DNA of 34,256 nucleotides, taken from NCBI GenBank assembly GCA_009886115.1, contig VFJJ01000040.1, forward strand, positions 1-34,256, written 5' to 3'. Below the pieces are notes generated by a model, which was given only the letters and a program-made list of their open reading frames with translations, was not told the origin of the DNA and ran no database searches. The stretch comes from Actinomycetota bacterium (lineage in GTDB: Bacteria > Actinomycetota > Acidimicrobiia > IMCC26256 > VFJJ01). Made by a program: the position numbers and the translations under genes. Shown in pieces: positions 18,091-27,455 of the stretch. Each line of letters starts with the position of its first letter. The stretch's first letter is position 1.

Positions 18091-18708
18091 ATGCCCGCAA
18101 CATGCTCGACCTCTCGGCGAGGCTTCAGGCCGAAGGCTCACCGTGCTACCCCCAGATCACGCCGCGCTCGTTCGACGTGCAGGTGAACTGGGACGGGGGC
18201 ATGTCGTTCATGAACATGCCGCAGGGGTGGCACCGGGTCGTGCAGGCGTCACGGCCCCACAAGGCCGCGCTGCTCAGCGATCGGACATGGCGCGCCACCG
18301 CGCGCGAGGAATGGGATCGCACCGCCTTCACGATGATCCGCCACCGCCGGCCCGAGAACATCCGGCTGCTCTCGGTCACCCGACCCGAGCACGAGCGCTG
18401 GATCAACCAAACGTTCGAACAACTCGTCGCCGAGCGTGGCGGCCATCCGAGCGACGTGCTCGCCGACTGGGTGCTCGACAACGATCTCGAGCCCGGGGTC
18501 GTGGGGACGGCCATCGCCAACGGCGATGTCGAGGGGGCCGCCGAGATGCTCGTGCACCCGGCCGGCGTGATCGGCAACAGCGACGCCGGAGCCCATCAGC
18601 AGATGTTCTGCGCTGTGGGAGACACGACCCTGCTGCTCACCGGTGTCGTCGTGGCCGAGCACGACGAGCCCACGGCGGCCCCGCCCCGGCCGCCTGCTCC
18701 GGCGCTGA
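18091..18708 (+). pseudogene. N-acyl-D-amino-acid deacylase (amidohydrolase) remnant with deletions and a frameshift
   Basis: Central segment YPQITPR...GGHPSDVLADW...SDAGAHQQMFC...TTLLLT is fused to C-terminal GVVVAEHDEPTAA, then a frameshift to RPGRLLRR*. The N-terminal HxH metal-binding part is absent. Confidence 0.78.
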
Positions 18709-18768
18709 GAGAAGCGCCCCGGCGCCACGCCCTTGGGCATGGCGGCGAGGAACGATCCGCTGAGGGCG

Positions 18769-19362
18769 TCAGCCTGCCCCGTCGCCGGCTGCGGTGGCGC
18801 CTGCCGCGCTGGCATCGATGCCGGCCCAGAAGCGGCCCCACGATTCGTAGGCCTCGGGGAGTTGGTGGGTGGTGAGCGCATCGGTACCGACGTTGACCCC
18901 GGCGCCGTGAGCGGGGCGGGCGAGCGCGTCGACGATGTACCAGCGGTGGAACTTGCGCCGAGCGAAGCACCAGTCGCCGTCGACGCGCACGTAGCTGTCC
19001 CAGTACTGCAGGACGCCGATCTCCCACCCGCCCGTGCGCGGGTACTCGAGCTCGTCGCGGCAGTAGACGATGCCCCGAGCGTGGTCGGCGTCGTCGAAAT
19101 CGACCACGTGGTTCCCGATGAAGTGCACCGAGGTGCGCATCTGGCTCATGGTGTGCGTGAACCAGACTTTCAGGGCCTCACGGCCCGATGCGTCTGCTCC
19201 CACGCGCACGTCGGGCACGAACAGCTCGACGAGCCTGTCCATGTCGCGGGAGTCGAGCGCCACACCGTAGCGATGGGGCAACTGGCGGATCGACGCCAGC
19301 GACTCCATGCGATCGAGCCGTTCCTCGACCGTGACCGGGTTCCAGGGACCGAGTCGGGACAT
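18769..19362 (-). CDS. SnoaL-like / nuclear transport factor 2 family protein
   Basis: RLDRMESLASIRQLPHRYGVALDSRD, HFIGNHVVDFDDADHARG, YWDSYVRVDGDWCFARR. SD GAGGAG. Confidence 0.88.
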   Translation of the reverse strand: MSRLGPWNPVTVEERLDRMESLASIRQLPHRYGVALDSRDMDRLVELFVPDVRVGADASGREALKVWFTHTMSQMRTSVHFIGNHVVDFDDADHARGIVYCRDELEYPRTGGWEIGVLQYWDSYVRVDGDWCFARRKFHRWYIVDALARPAHGAGVNVGTDALTTHQLPEAYESWGRFWAGIDASAAGATAAGDGAG

Positions 19363-19405
19363 GTGACGCTCCTCTGAGTTGGTGTCGGGCAGCGTCGCGC
19401 GGCCG

Positions 19406-20185
19406 TCAGTTCCAGGTCGAGCGCAGCCGACGCACCTCGGCCAGCGCCTTGGCCGCTTCGGGGGCAGCCAACGCCTGCGCGGCGGTGTCGATGACGCGGC
19501 AGGCATCGTGCACGGCACCGAGCTGGCCCAGGGCCCGACCCAGCTCCACCTGTTCGGCCGCCCGGAGCCCGGGGATGGCCAGGCGCAGACGAACCGTCCA
19601 CAGGGCATCGGGGATCTGGCTACGCCGCTGGTACACCCCGTGGAGGTTCGTGAGCATGCGCACGAGGATCGAGCAGGTATCGACCGGAGCGAGGAAGCCC
19701 GGCAGGAACTCCATGCCTTCGCCGAAGAGGCGATGGAACAGGGCCTGCACACCGGCCACGTCGAGACAGGTGCCGCCGTTGAAGGGATCGAGATAGGTCG
19801 CCACCTCGAGCCGTCGACACACGAAGTGCCCAGGAAGGCCGATGCCCACGAGAGGCACGCCCATCCGGCGACCCACCTCGATCGTCAGTGCCGAGAGCAG
19901 GATCGGAAGCCCGGTACGGCGATCGAGCACGTCGTTCAGGAACGAGTTGCGAGGGTCGTAGTAGTCGGCGGCGTTCCCAGCGAAGGCGAGCTCGACGAAC
20001 AGGTGCCGCACCATCGCGTCGAAGCCGCCCGGAGGCCCGCACTCGGCAGCCAGCGCGTCGAGCCGACGGAGCTGTGAGGCAACATCGAGCGCTGGATACG
20101 CGTGGGCAGCGATGAGCAACGACGCCTCGTCGAGCGGCACGTCGGGCCGGTTGACGACCTCGGTGAAACGGGCAGTGGCGTCCAT
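19406..20185 (-). CDS. SirB1/transglutaminase-like (Transglut_core2) protein with TPR-like C-terminus
   Basis: FAGNAADYYDPRNSFLNDVLDRRTGLPI, GIGLPGHF, LDPFNGG, ILVRMLTNL. TACCGT lies 7 nt before ATG 20185. Confidence 0.9.
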   Translation of the reverse strand: MDATARFTEVVNRPDVPLDEASLLIAAHAYPALDVASQLRRLDALAAECGPPGGFDAMVRHLFVELAFAGNAADYYDPRNSFLNDVLDRRTGLPILLSALTIEVGRRMGVPLVGIGLPGHFVCRRLEVATYLDPFNGGTCLDVAGVQALFHRLFGEGMEFLPGFLAPVDTCSILVRMLTNLHGVYQRRSQIPDALWTVRLRLAIPGLRAAEQVELGRALGQLGAVHDACRVIDTAAQALAAPEAAKALAEVRRLRSTWN

Positions 20186-20304
20186 TGGTTCGACGGTAGC
20201 CGTGAGCACGGTCGCGACTCAGGAGCCGGGCCCGCCGGGTCTCGACAGCCAGCCTGCGAGGCTCAGGAGCCGGCTGACCCGGCGGGTGTCTAAGGTGAGC
20301 TGTC

Positions 20305-21240
20305 ATGAGCTCGCTCGTCTGGGACCAGCGTCCAGCGCTGCACCGTCCGGTCATGATCGCCGCGTTCGACGGCTGGAACGACGCCGGCGAGGCCGCATCG
20401 GGCGCCGTTGCCTGGATGCGCCGGCGCTGGGAGGCGACGCCCTTCGCCCGGCTCGATCCCGAGGAGTACATCGACTTCCAATCGAGTCGCCCCACGATCG
20501 AGCTGCGCGACGGCGTGATCAGGAACATCACCTGGCCCACGATCGAGTTCCATGCGGGCTTTCCCGGTCGTGGCCGGGCCGGTCAGGCGACCCACGACGT
20601 GGTCCTCGTCACCGGCCCCGAGCCCAACCTGCGATGGCGGTCGTTCTGCGCCGACGTACTCGCCGTGGCGTCGGAAACCGGCTGCGAGATGGTCATCACC
20701 TTGGGTGCCCTGCTCGCCGACACGCCGCACACCCGACCCCTGCAGATCACCGGGGTCACCGCCGACACCACGCTGGCCGACGGCCTCGGTCTGGAGCGCT
20801 CCACCTACGAAGGCCCGACAGGCATCGTGGGCGTGTTGATCGACGCCAGCCGCAAGGCCCATCTGGCCCCGGTGTCGCTGTGGGCACCCATCCCCCACTA
20901 CGTGTCGTCAGCCCCGAACCCCAAGGCCACCATGGCCCTGCTCGACCGTCTCGAGGCACTGCTCGGGATCGACACCGGGGCCCGGGGGCTCGCCATCTCG
21001 GCCCAGGAGTGGGAGGACCGGGTCAGCGAGGCGGTCGCCGACGATCCCGACACCGCCGTCTACGTCCACCATCTCGAAGAACGGGCCGACGCCACGCAGG
21101 TGGTCGCCAGCGACCTCGCCAACCTCGCCGACCTCGCCAACTTGGCCGACCTGGCCGAGACCGAGAACCTGCCGACAGGTGACGCGCTGGCCGAGGAATT
21201 CGAGCGGTACCTCAGGGAGAGCGGCGACGATCCTGCGTGA
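20305..21240 (+). CDS. PAC2 family (proteasome assembly chaperone-like) protein
   Basis: AAFDGWNDAGEAAS, DFQSSRP, GPEPNLRW, LGALLADTPHTRP, YEGPTGIVG, PHYV...PNPKA, EFERYLR. Confidence 0.92.
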   Translation: MSSLVWDQRPALHRPVMIAAFDGWNDAGEAASGAVAWMRRRWEATPFARLDPEEYIDFQSSRPTIELRDGVIRNITWPTIEFHAGFPGRGRAGQATHDVVLVTGPEPNLRWRSFCADVLAVASETGCEMVITLGALLADTPHTRPLQITGVTADTTLADGLGLERSTYEGPTGIVGVLIDASRKAHLAPVSLWAPIPHYVSSAPNPKATMALLDRLEALLGIDTGARGLAISAQEWEDRVSEAVADDPDTAVYVHHLEERADATQVVASDLANLADLANLADLAETENLPTGDALAEEFERYLRESGDDPA

Positions 21241-21254
21241 GCCGTGCTGAACGC

Positions 21255-22604
21255 TCAGCCGCCGAGGAGGTCGCGGGCGACGACCTCCCAGAGCGCCGTC
21301 GACAACCGCAGCGATTCCTGATCGACGCGCTCGTCGTGGCCGTGGAACATCGTCGAGAACTCGCCGAAGCCGATCTTGGACGAGAACAGCCCGAACCCGT
21401 AGGCCGTGACGCCCATGCGCCGGAAGAAGCGGGCGTCGGTGGCGCCCACCATGAGCATCGGCACGGGCTGGCTTCCGGGGACCAGCGCCGAGCAGGCCCG
21501 GGCGATCGAGTCCCACAGCGGCGTTCCCAGGGGCGACTCGCTCGAGGGATCGTCGATGATGTGAACGATGTCGACGTGATCGGCGAGATCGCCGAGCGCG
21601 TCCTCGAGCATGGCCCGCACGTCGGCCGTCCGCTCCCCGGGCATGGTGCGGATGTCGACCTCGATCTCGGTGAGGTCGGGGATCACGTTGGTCTTCACAC
21701 CGCCGTGCACCACGTTGGGTGAGATCGTCGTGTGGGTGCAGGCGTGGGCCAGCCGGGCGAACGACAGGTCGGAATGCTCAGCCAGGAAGGGCCGGAGCTT
21801 CTCCGCGTCGAGCAGGACCTCCGCCCATTCGGGGGGCAACCCGAGACCGTTGACGAAGCCCTTCCAGACATCGGTGATCTGGGTGCGGGGCCGGTACTCG
21901 GCGAGGCGGCGCACGACCTCGGCCGCTTTCACCACGGCGTTGTCGGTGCGGAACGGCTGCGAGCCGTGCCCGGGCGTGCCCTTGATCCGCAGCGTCGCCC
22001 ACTGCGGCCCCTTCTCGGCCACGGCCACCGGGAGTCGGGGTCCGTCGGGATGGGGTTGGGGCATGCCGCCGAACTCGGTGACGACGTAGTCGCACGCCAA
22101 CGCGTCGCGCTCGTTGGCGACGAGCCATTCGGCACCGTGCACCCCGCGGGCCTCTTCGTCGGCCACCGCGAAGTAGACGAGGTCGCCGTCGGGGTTCCAA
22201 CCCGAAGCGGCCAGGCGCTTCGTGGCCACGGCCATCGAAGCCGTGAGGTTCAACATGTCGACCGCGCCCCGGCCCCACACCTCGCCGTCGATCAACTCAC
22301 CACCGAGCGGGTCGTGGCGCCAGCCTTCGGCGTTGAAGGGCACGACATCGGTGTGGCCCATGAGCATGAGGGCTGGAGCATTCGGATCGCGGCCCTGGCG
22401 ACGGGCCACGATCGAGGCCCGACCCGGAACCGGCTCGTAGCGCTCGACGTCGAGCCCGACCCCGTGGAGGTAGTCGGCGATCAGGTCGGCTGAGCGCGAC
22501 TCGTGACCCGACTCGACGGTGCCGTCGTTCACGCACCCGTTGCGGATCAGGTGCTGGAGGAGCTCGGTGACCTCACCGGTGGGATCGTCGTCGACGTGCG
22601 CCAT
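21255..22604 (-). CDS. M20/M25/M40 family metallo-hydrolase
   Basis: GHTDVV, WGRGAVDM, ADEEA, VTEFGG, GHGS, NVIP, HGHDERV. Confidence 0.93.
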   Translation of the reverse strand: MAHVDDDPTGEVTELLQHLIRNGCVNDGTVESGHESRSADLIADYLHGVGLDVERYEPVPGRASIVARRQGRDPNAPALMLMGHTDVVPFNAEGWRHDPLGGELIDGEVWGRGAVDMLNLTASMAVATKRLAASGWNPDGDLVYFAVADEEARGVHGAEWLVANERDALACDYVVTEFGGMPQPHPDGPRLPVAVAEKGPQWATLRIKGTPGHGSQPFRTDNAVVKAAEVVRRLAEYRPRTQITDVWKGFVNGLGLPPEWAEVLLDAEKLRPFLAEHSDLSFARLAHACTHTTISPNVVHGGVKTNVIPDLTEIEVDIRTMPGERTADVRAMLEDALGDLADHVDIVHIIDDPSSESPLGTPLWDSIARACSALVPGSQPVPMLMVGATDARFFRRMGVTAYGFGLFSSKIGFGEFSTMFHGHDERVDQESLRLSTALWEVVARDLLGG

Positions 22605-22644
22605 GGCCCACGGTACGCCGTCGCTCGAGTCTCGGGCCGACAGC

Positions 22645-23790
22645 TCACTCGTGGATGGAGTAGACGAGCAGGCCCTCTCGGCTGTTGCACTCGGCCCGGC
22701 CCTGGTGGCGGAGGTGCTCGAGGTGGGCCCAGGTCTCGCTCTCGGCCATGTTTCCCCAGTGCTTGGGCGGGAACAGGCCCTGCGTGTACTCCTCGACGGT
22801 GCCGGGGCGACCCAGGGCCCTCGAGATCTCCAGCACCTTCTCCAGCCGCTCGACGTGATGGGCCTTGATGGCCTCGACCCGCCCGATCAGGTCGGTGAAG
22901 GGCACGCCGTGGGCCGGGAGCACGATCTTGACCGAGTCCTTGTAGGTGCCGACCCGGTCGAGCGACTGCACGAACTCGTCGAGCGGGTCGGATGCGGCGC
23001 CGATCCCCGAGATGTGCGGCGTGATCCCCGGCAGCACATGATCACCGGAGATCATCACGCCGGCCTCGGGGTCGTACAGGCACAGGTGATCGTCGGTGTG
23101 GCCCGGAGTGTGGATGGCGAAGAACTCTCGGCCGGCGAGCCTGATGACCTCGCCGTCGATCATCCGGTGCGTGGGCACGGTGGGCACGAAGTACTTGCGC
23201 TGGAAGTAGCGCTGACTCCTCATCACCATGCGGTGCTTGAAGGCGGGCCGGAAGCCCTTGCCGCCCCAGGGCGTGGTCTTGCCCCACCGCATCGTCCCCT
23301 TCCCGTACCGGACCGGCTTCGCTGCGGCCGCCTGACCCGCGCGCCGACCGTGCTCGTGGCCATGACCCGCGTGGCCGTGGTCGTCGGCCGGCGGGTCCTC
23401 GGAATCGGGATCGGTGTTCTCGAGCGTCACGAGGTCGGGGGCGTCGTCCCACGGCATGCGGAACACCGCGTGGGTCACGATCCGGGCGTCGGCTTCGAGG
23501 GCCAGCCGCCCGGCCCCACCGAAGTGATCGGGATGCGAGTGGGTCACGACGATCGTGTGGACGTCGGCGATCTTGAAGCCCGCCGCCTTGAGTCGCGCCG
23601 GGATCGCTGGCCAGTGCTTCTTCCCCGGCAGCCCCGGGTCGACGACGGCGATCCCGCGGTCGTCGATCATCGTGTACATGTTGACATGGCCCAGGCCCGT
23701 GAAGTTCGCCGGGAGCTGGAGGCGCAGGATGTTGGGCGCCACCTCGACGATGGTGTCCTCGGCGGGCATCTGCTCCGACTTCTTGGGCAT
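22645..23790 (-). CDS. MBL-fold metallo-hydrolase with C-terminal winged-helix-like region
   Basis: THSHPDH, HTPGHT, SGDHVLP, PAHG, AESETWAHLEHL. Confidence 0.9.
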   Translation of the reverse strand: MPKKSEQMPAEDTIVEVAPNILRLQLPANFTGLGHVNMYTMIDDRGIAVVDPGLPGKKHWPAIPARLKAAGFKIADVHTIVVTHSHPDHFGGAGRLALEADARIVTHAVFRMPWDDAPDLVTLENTDPDSEDPPADDHGHAGHGHEHGRRAGQAAAAKPVRYGKGTMRWGKTTPWGGKGFRPAFKHRMVMRSQRYFQRKYFVPTVPTHRMIDGEVIRLAGREFFAIHTPGHTDDHLCLYDPEAGVMISGDHVLPGITPHISGIGAASDPLDEFVQSLDRVGTYKDSVKIVLPAHGVPFTDLIGRVEAIKAHHVERLEKVLEISRALGRPGTVEEYTQGLFPPKHWGNMAESETWAHLEHLRHQGRAECNSREGLLVYSIHE

Positions 23791-23925
23791 CGCTCATCTC
23801 TCCTCGCTCCCGGGCGCGAACGCGCGCTCCAGGGCAGGGGCAGACTACCGACCGCCCGTCGCAGCCCCCGGCTCAGCGCGAGCGCGAGCGTCGAGTGGGC
23901 GCCTCGTGATCAGGCCTCGCGGCCC

Positions 23926-25431
23926 TCACCGGCGACCGCCCCGCTTCCGGCCGTCAGCAGCCCGCACCAACACCGCGAACTCCTCCTCGACCCCGGCCAC
24001 GAGCGGCGCTAGGTCGGGCAGCGTCGCGGCGTCGGCATTGAAGCCGATCGAGAGCCGCCCGTCGTAGGAGAGCACGCCGACCGACAGTGCGGTCTCGCGG
24101 GCCAACGGAAGGATCGGGTACCAGTGCAGGAGCTTCGCGCCATGGCACCACAGGGGATGCTGGGGTCCGGGCACATCGACGACGAGCAGCGGCGCCGACG
24201 ACGATGCCCGCATCGCCATGCGCACGGCGAGATCGAAGAGGGTCGGAGCGCCCCACTCGCCGACATCGAGGAGCTCGCGAGCGCCCGCGGCGATCCGACC
24301 TGAGGCCGTCGAGCCCCCCGCTCGGAGCCGTCCGGTGCTCTGCTGGACGGCGCGCAACCGGGCCAACGGATCGTCGAGATCGAGGGGCAGGTCGGCGAAG
24401 AGCGCGTGGACCGACGTGGAGAACCCCGAGCCCTCGGAGGACTCGGAGCCCTCGGAGGACTCGGAGCCCTCGGAGGACTCGTGCCGGTCGGATCGCTCGG
24501 ACATGGTCACCGAGACCGGCAAGAGGGTGCGCAGCACGCGGTTGGCCGTGGCCTCACCCCGAACGGTGAGCACCCTCTCGACGCCCCCGAGCACCGCGGT
24601 CACCACCACCTCGTGCACCGTGGCGCCGAGGATCCGATGGGCCCGTTGAACCGGAGCCAGCGCGATGCTCGCCGTCGCCACCTTCCGCGTCCGACCGCCC
24701 AAGCGACGCAAGGCCGGACGAGGGCCCGGCACCGGTCGGCTCGCGAGGGAGGTCACGCTCCGGGCGACGCCGAGCACCCGCCCGGCGCGCCGCCGCGAGC
24801 CCCGCAACGCGGCACCGACCACCCGCAGCCCTTCCGCCGGATCGCTCACACGGTCGCGCCACGCTCGCCCCAGGAGCTCCATGGGCGTGGGTACCTGCAT
24901 GGGGATCCACGAGGGAGCCGCCACCGGGGCGGTGACGGGTGCGTCGTCGTACAGGAGCGACCACCGGTGCAGCGCGTGGACACCGTCGACGATCGCCGGG
25001 TGGATCCTCTCGATCACCGCCACCCGACCGCCCTCGAGGCCTTCGACGAAGCACAGCTCCCACAAGGGCCGCGAGCGATCGAGCGGTTGGGCCATCACCC
25101 GGGCGACCAACGCGTGGAGCTGATCGGGTCGTCCGGGCGCGGGGAGGGCCGCGTACCTGACGTGGTAGGCGATATCGAAGTCGGGGTCGTCGATCCACTC
25201 CGGTCGCCCCTGGGCCAGCGGGACGATGGCCAGCTTCTGTCGCAGTCGCGGCACCAGGTGCAGCCGGCGCTCGACGTGCGCCCAGAGCTCACTCGAGCGC
25301 AACCGCCCGTCGGGCTCACGCAGCGGGGCACCGTCGAGGATGGCGACCGACCCGGTGTGCACCGGGGTGTCGAAGGTCTCGACGTGCAAGAGCCCGGCGT
25401 CGGCCGGGGAGCAGCGATCGGTCACGGGCAT
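23926..25431 (-). CDS. Wax ester synthase/diacylglycerol acyltransferase-like protein (degenerate active site)
   Basis: PRLRQK, WIDDPDFDIAYHV, PLDRSRPLWE, DVPGP, VLSYDGRLSIG. The HHxxxDG motif reads HPAIVDG. Confidence 0.88.
   Translation of the reverse strand: MPVTDRCSPADAGLLHVETFDTPVHTGSVAILDGAPLREPDGRLRSSELWAHVERRLHLVPRLRQKLAIVPLAQGRPEWIDDPDFDIAYHVRYAALPAPGRPDQLHALVARVMAQPLDRSRPLWELCFVEGLEGGRVAVIERIHPAIVDGVHALHRWSLLYDDAPVTAPVAAPSWIPMQVPTPMELLGRAWRDRVSDPAEGLRVVGAALRGSRRRAGRVLGVARSVTSLASRPVPGPRPALRRLGGRTRKVATASIALAPVQRAHRILGATVHEVVVTAVLGGVERVLTVRGEATANRVLRTLLPVSVTMSERSDRHESSEGSESSEGSESSEGSGFSTSVHALFADLPLDLDDPLARLRAVQQSTGRLRAGGSTASGRIAAGARELLDVGEWGAPTLFDLAVRMAMRASSSAPLLVVDVPGPQHPLWCHGAKLLHWYPILPLARETALSVGVLSYDGRLSIGFNADAATLPDLAPLVAGVEEEFAVLVRAADGRKRGGRR
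24428..24481. repeat. 3 x 18-bp perfect in-frame tandem repeat (ESSEGS)x3
   Basis: GAGCCCTCGGAGGACTCG x3. Confidence 0.92.
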
Positions 25432-25533
25432 CGGGAGCCATTCCAGCAGATGCGGGCCGGCCCCCCGACCATCCTCGGTCATCCCCGACCATCCCGGCCG
25501 TTCGCGACCGCCGGGCACCTAGGCTCGGGCTCG

Positions 25534-26076
25534 ATGACCGCGACCGATCCCACCACCGTCTGGCGCATCCGGCCCGAGCTCGTGCTGGCCATCCAGGCCC
25601 GTTTCGGCGCGCCCGTCGACAGCTACGTCAACGGCTCACAGGTGTGGCTGGCCCCCGTGGGCCCGGGCGAGATCATGCTCGAGCTGCGCCTGCACCCGAG
25701 TGCCGAGTACCGGCTCCCGGCCGGTGTCTCGCCCCACGAGCTGTGGGACCAGGTGGTTGCGGCCCTGGTGACGGGCACCGATCCGGCGTCGATGCACCTC
25801 GGTGACGAGCATTGCGCGCTCGCCTCCCTGTGGGACGGTCTGGAGTGCTATCCCGCGTACGGCGACCCGTGCGAGCCGGCAGCGTTGGCCGACGCCCTGA
25901 CCCGGGCGCTCAACGGGCTCGAGCCCGACGCCGCCGGGCTCGTCGACCATGGGGCCGTCGGCGACGAATGGGAGGCGTCGGATTGCCGGGCCTCGCTCCT
26001 CGGGCTGGTCCTCGCCCAGCTCCGAGCCGATCCGACTCCCCCACCGCCGAGCACCGGTCAGGAGCGCGGGCGCTGA
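25534..26076 (+). CDS. Hypothetical protein
   Basis: 180-aa GC3-rich ORF MTATDPTTVWRIRPEL...DSYVNGSQVW...WDGLECYPAYGD. TAGGCT lies 8 nt before the ATG. Confidence 0.75.
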   Translation: MTATDPTTVWRIRPELVLAIQARFGAPVDSYVNGSQVWLAPVGPGEIMLELRLHPSAEYRLPAGVSPHELWDQVVAALVTGTDPASMHLGDEHCALASLWDGLECYPAYGDPCEPAALADALTRALNGLEPDAAGLVDHGAVGDEWEASDCRASLLGLVLAQLRADPTPPPPSTGQERGR

Positions 26077-26129
26077 TCCCGACACCTCACACGCGCTCGT
26101 GAGGTTGGATGCGCTCGGGCCACGGGATC

Positions 26130-26834
26130 TCAGTCGTCGAGCGTGCCCCGCCAGGCCGGGGTGCGGGGGACATCGTAGAAACAGGGACGATCGACACCGT
26201 CGATGGCGTCGAACGCGAGCTCGACCCACCGATTGGCCCCGGCGAGCGGCATCGGCAACGCATGGCGGGGGTAGAAGCCCACGGTACGGGTCTCGAGCGG
26301 ATGGCCCTTGAGGGTCCCACCGAGCAGCCGGCAGTAGAAGATCATCGAGTACATCGGCACGTGGCTGAAGCCCAGCCGCAGACCGTCGAACACAGCGATG
26401 AGCTTCACCGGCTCGACCTCGAGGCCCGTCTCCTCGAAGACCTCCTTGACCGCCACCTCCGATGGCGAATAGCCGACGTCGGCCCAGCCCACGGGGTAGA
26501 GCCACCAGCCCGAGTCGGCTCGCTGGGTGAGCAGGATCTCACCGGCGTCGTTGGCGACCACGGCAGCGACCGCCGTCTTGGGCGTCACGTAGCCCGCAAC
26601 CCCGTCGCCCACCGACGAGAGCCACTCCTCGAAGAGGATGTCGGCCTCGGCCTCCTCGAGCGCGAGATGGCGGATGTCGGCCGCGACCTTCAGCACCTCC
26701 TCGAAGCGCTCCCGCTCGTAGAGGCTCTTGGTGAAACCCATGCCGGTGCGGGCGATCCCCGAGAGCGTCTCGGCCCACCGCATGAGATCGGACGCGCTCA
26801 CCCAGTGCTGTTCGTGCGGTTCGCGAGACGGCAT
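26130..26834 (-). CDS. NUDIX hydrolase with Nudix_N N-terminal domain
   Basis: IARTGMGFTKSLYERERF, GYVTPK, Nudix box GWADVGYSPSEVAVKEVFEETG. Confidence 0.9.
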   Translation of the reverse strand: MPSREPHEQHWVSASDLMRWAETLSGIARTGMGFTKSLYERERFEEVLKVAADIRHLALEEAEADILFEEWLSSVGDGVAGYVTPKTAVAAVVANDAGEILLTQRADSGWWLYPVGWADVGYSPSEVAVKEVFEETGLEVEPVKLIAVFDGLRLGFSHVPMYSMIFYCRLLGGTLKGHPLETRTVGFYPRHALPMPLAGANRWVELAFDAIDGVDRPCFYDVPRTPAWRGTLDD

Positions 26835-26964
26835 GGCCTGACATTACGTCGCCGCCCGCCGGGTCGCGTCCGGCAGGGCCCGATGACGACCCGGCCCCGG
26901 CATCCGAGAGGCGCCGGGCGAGCCGGGGAGGACCCGAGGAGTCCCCGTCGGGCAGAATGCCCCC

Positions 26965-27411
26965 ATGACCGAGACCACACCGTCGGGCCGGGCCGACAGC
27001 GCCACCCTCGCGCTGCTGGCCCACGTGGGGCTGTTCGCCGGCTGCACCCGCCACGAGCTGAGCGTCATCGCCCACGCCACCTACGAGGCCGACATCGCAG
27101 CGGGAACCGTGATCTGCCGGGAGGGCGAGGAGGGCAACAACTTCTTCGTCATCGTCGAAGGTGTGGCCTCGGTGTCGATTGCCGGCGCCGTCGTCGATCG
27201 CCTGAGCGCCGGCGAGTTCTTCGGCGAGATGTCGTTGCTCGACGGTCAACCGCGCTCGGCCACCGTCACCGCCGACTCGCCGCTCATCGTGGTGGTGTTG
27301 CCCCGCGAGAACTTCGAGCAGGTGATCCTCAAGGCCCCCCACGTCGCGCTCTCGATGCTGCGCGAGATGGCGACGCGCATCCGCTCCGCCGACACCCGCC
27401 CCATCCACTGA
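26965..27411 (+). CDS. Stand-alone cyclic nucleotide-binding domain protein
   Basis: ICREGEEGNNFFVIVEG, GEFFGEMSLLDGQPRSATV. No HTH domain. Confidence 0.9.
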   Translation: MTETTPSGRADSATLALLAHVGLFAGCTRHELSVIAHATYEADIAAGTVICREGEEGNNFFVIVEGVASVSIAGAVVDRLSAGEFFGEMSLLDGQPRSATVTADSPLIVVVLPRENFEQVILKAPHVALSMLREMATRIRSADTRPIH

Positions 27412-27455
27412 CTGGCGGGCCGGCGATCCAATGACCGGCGGGCCTGCCGGCGGCG

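Noticed and set aside
18709..18875. C-terminal part of ORF 17871-18875 as real protein
   Set aside because: It results from a frameshift past the deacylase's natural end at 18708 and overlaps the NTF2 gene antisense.
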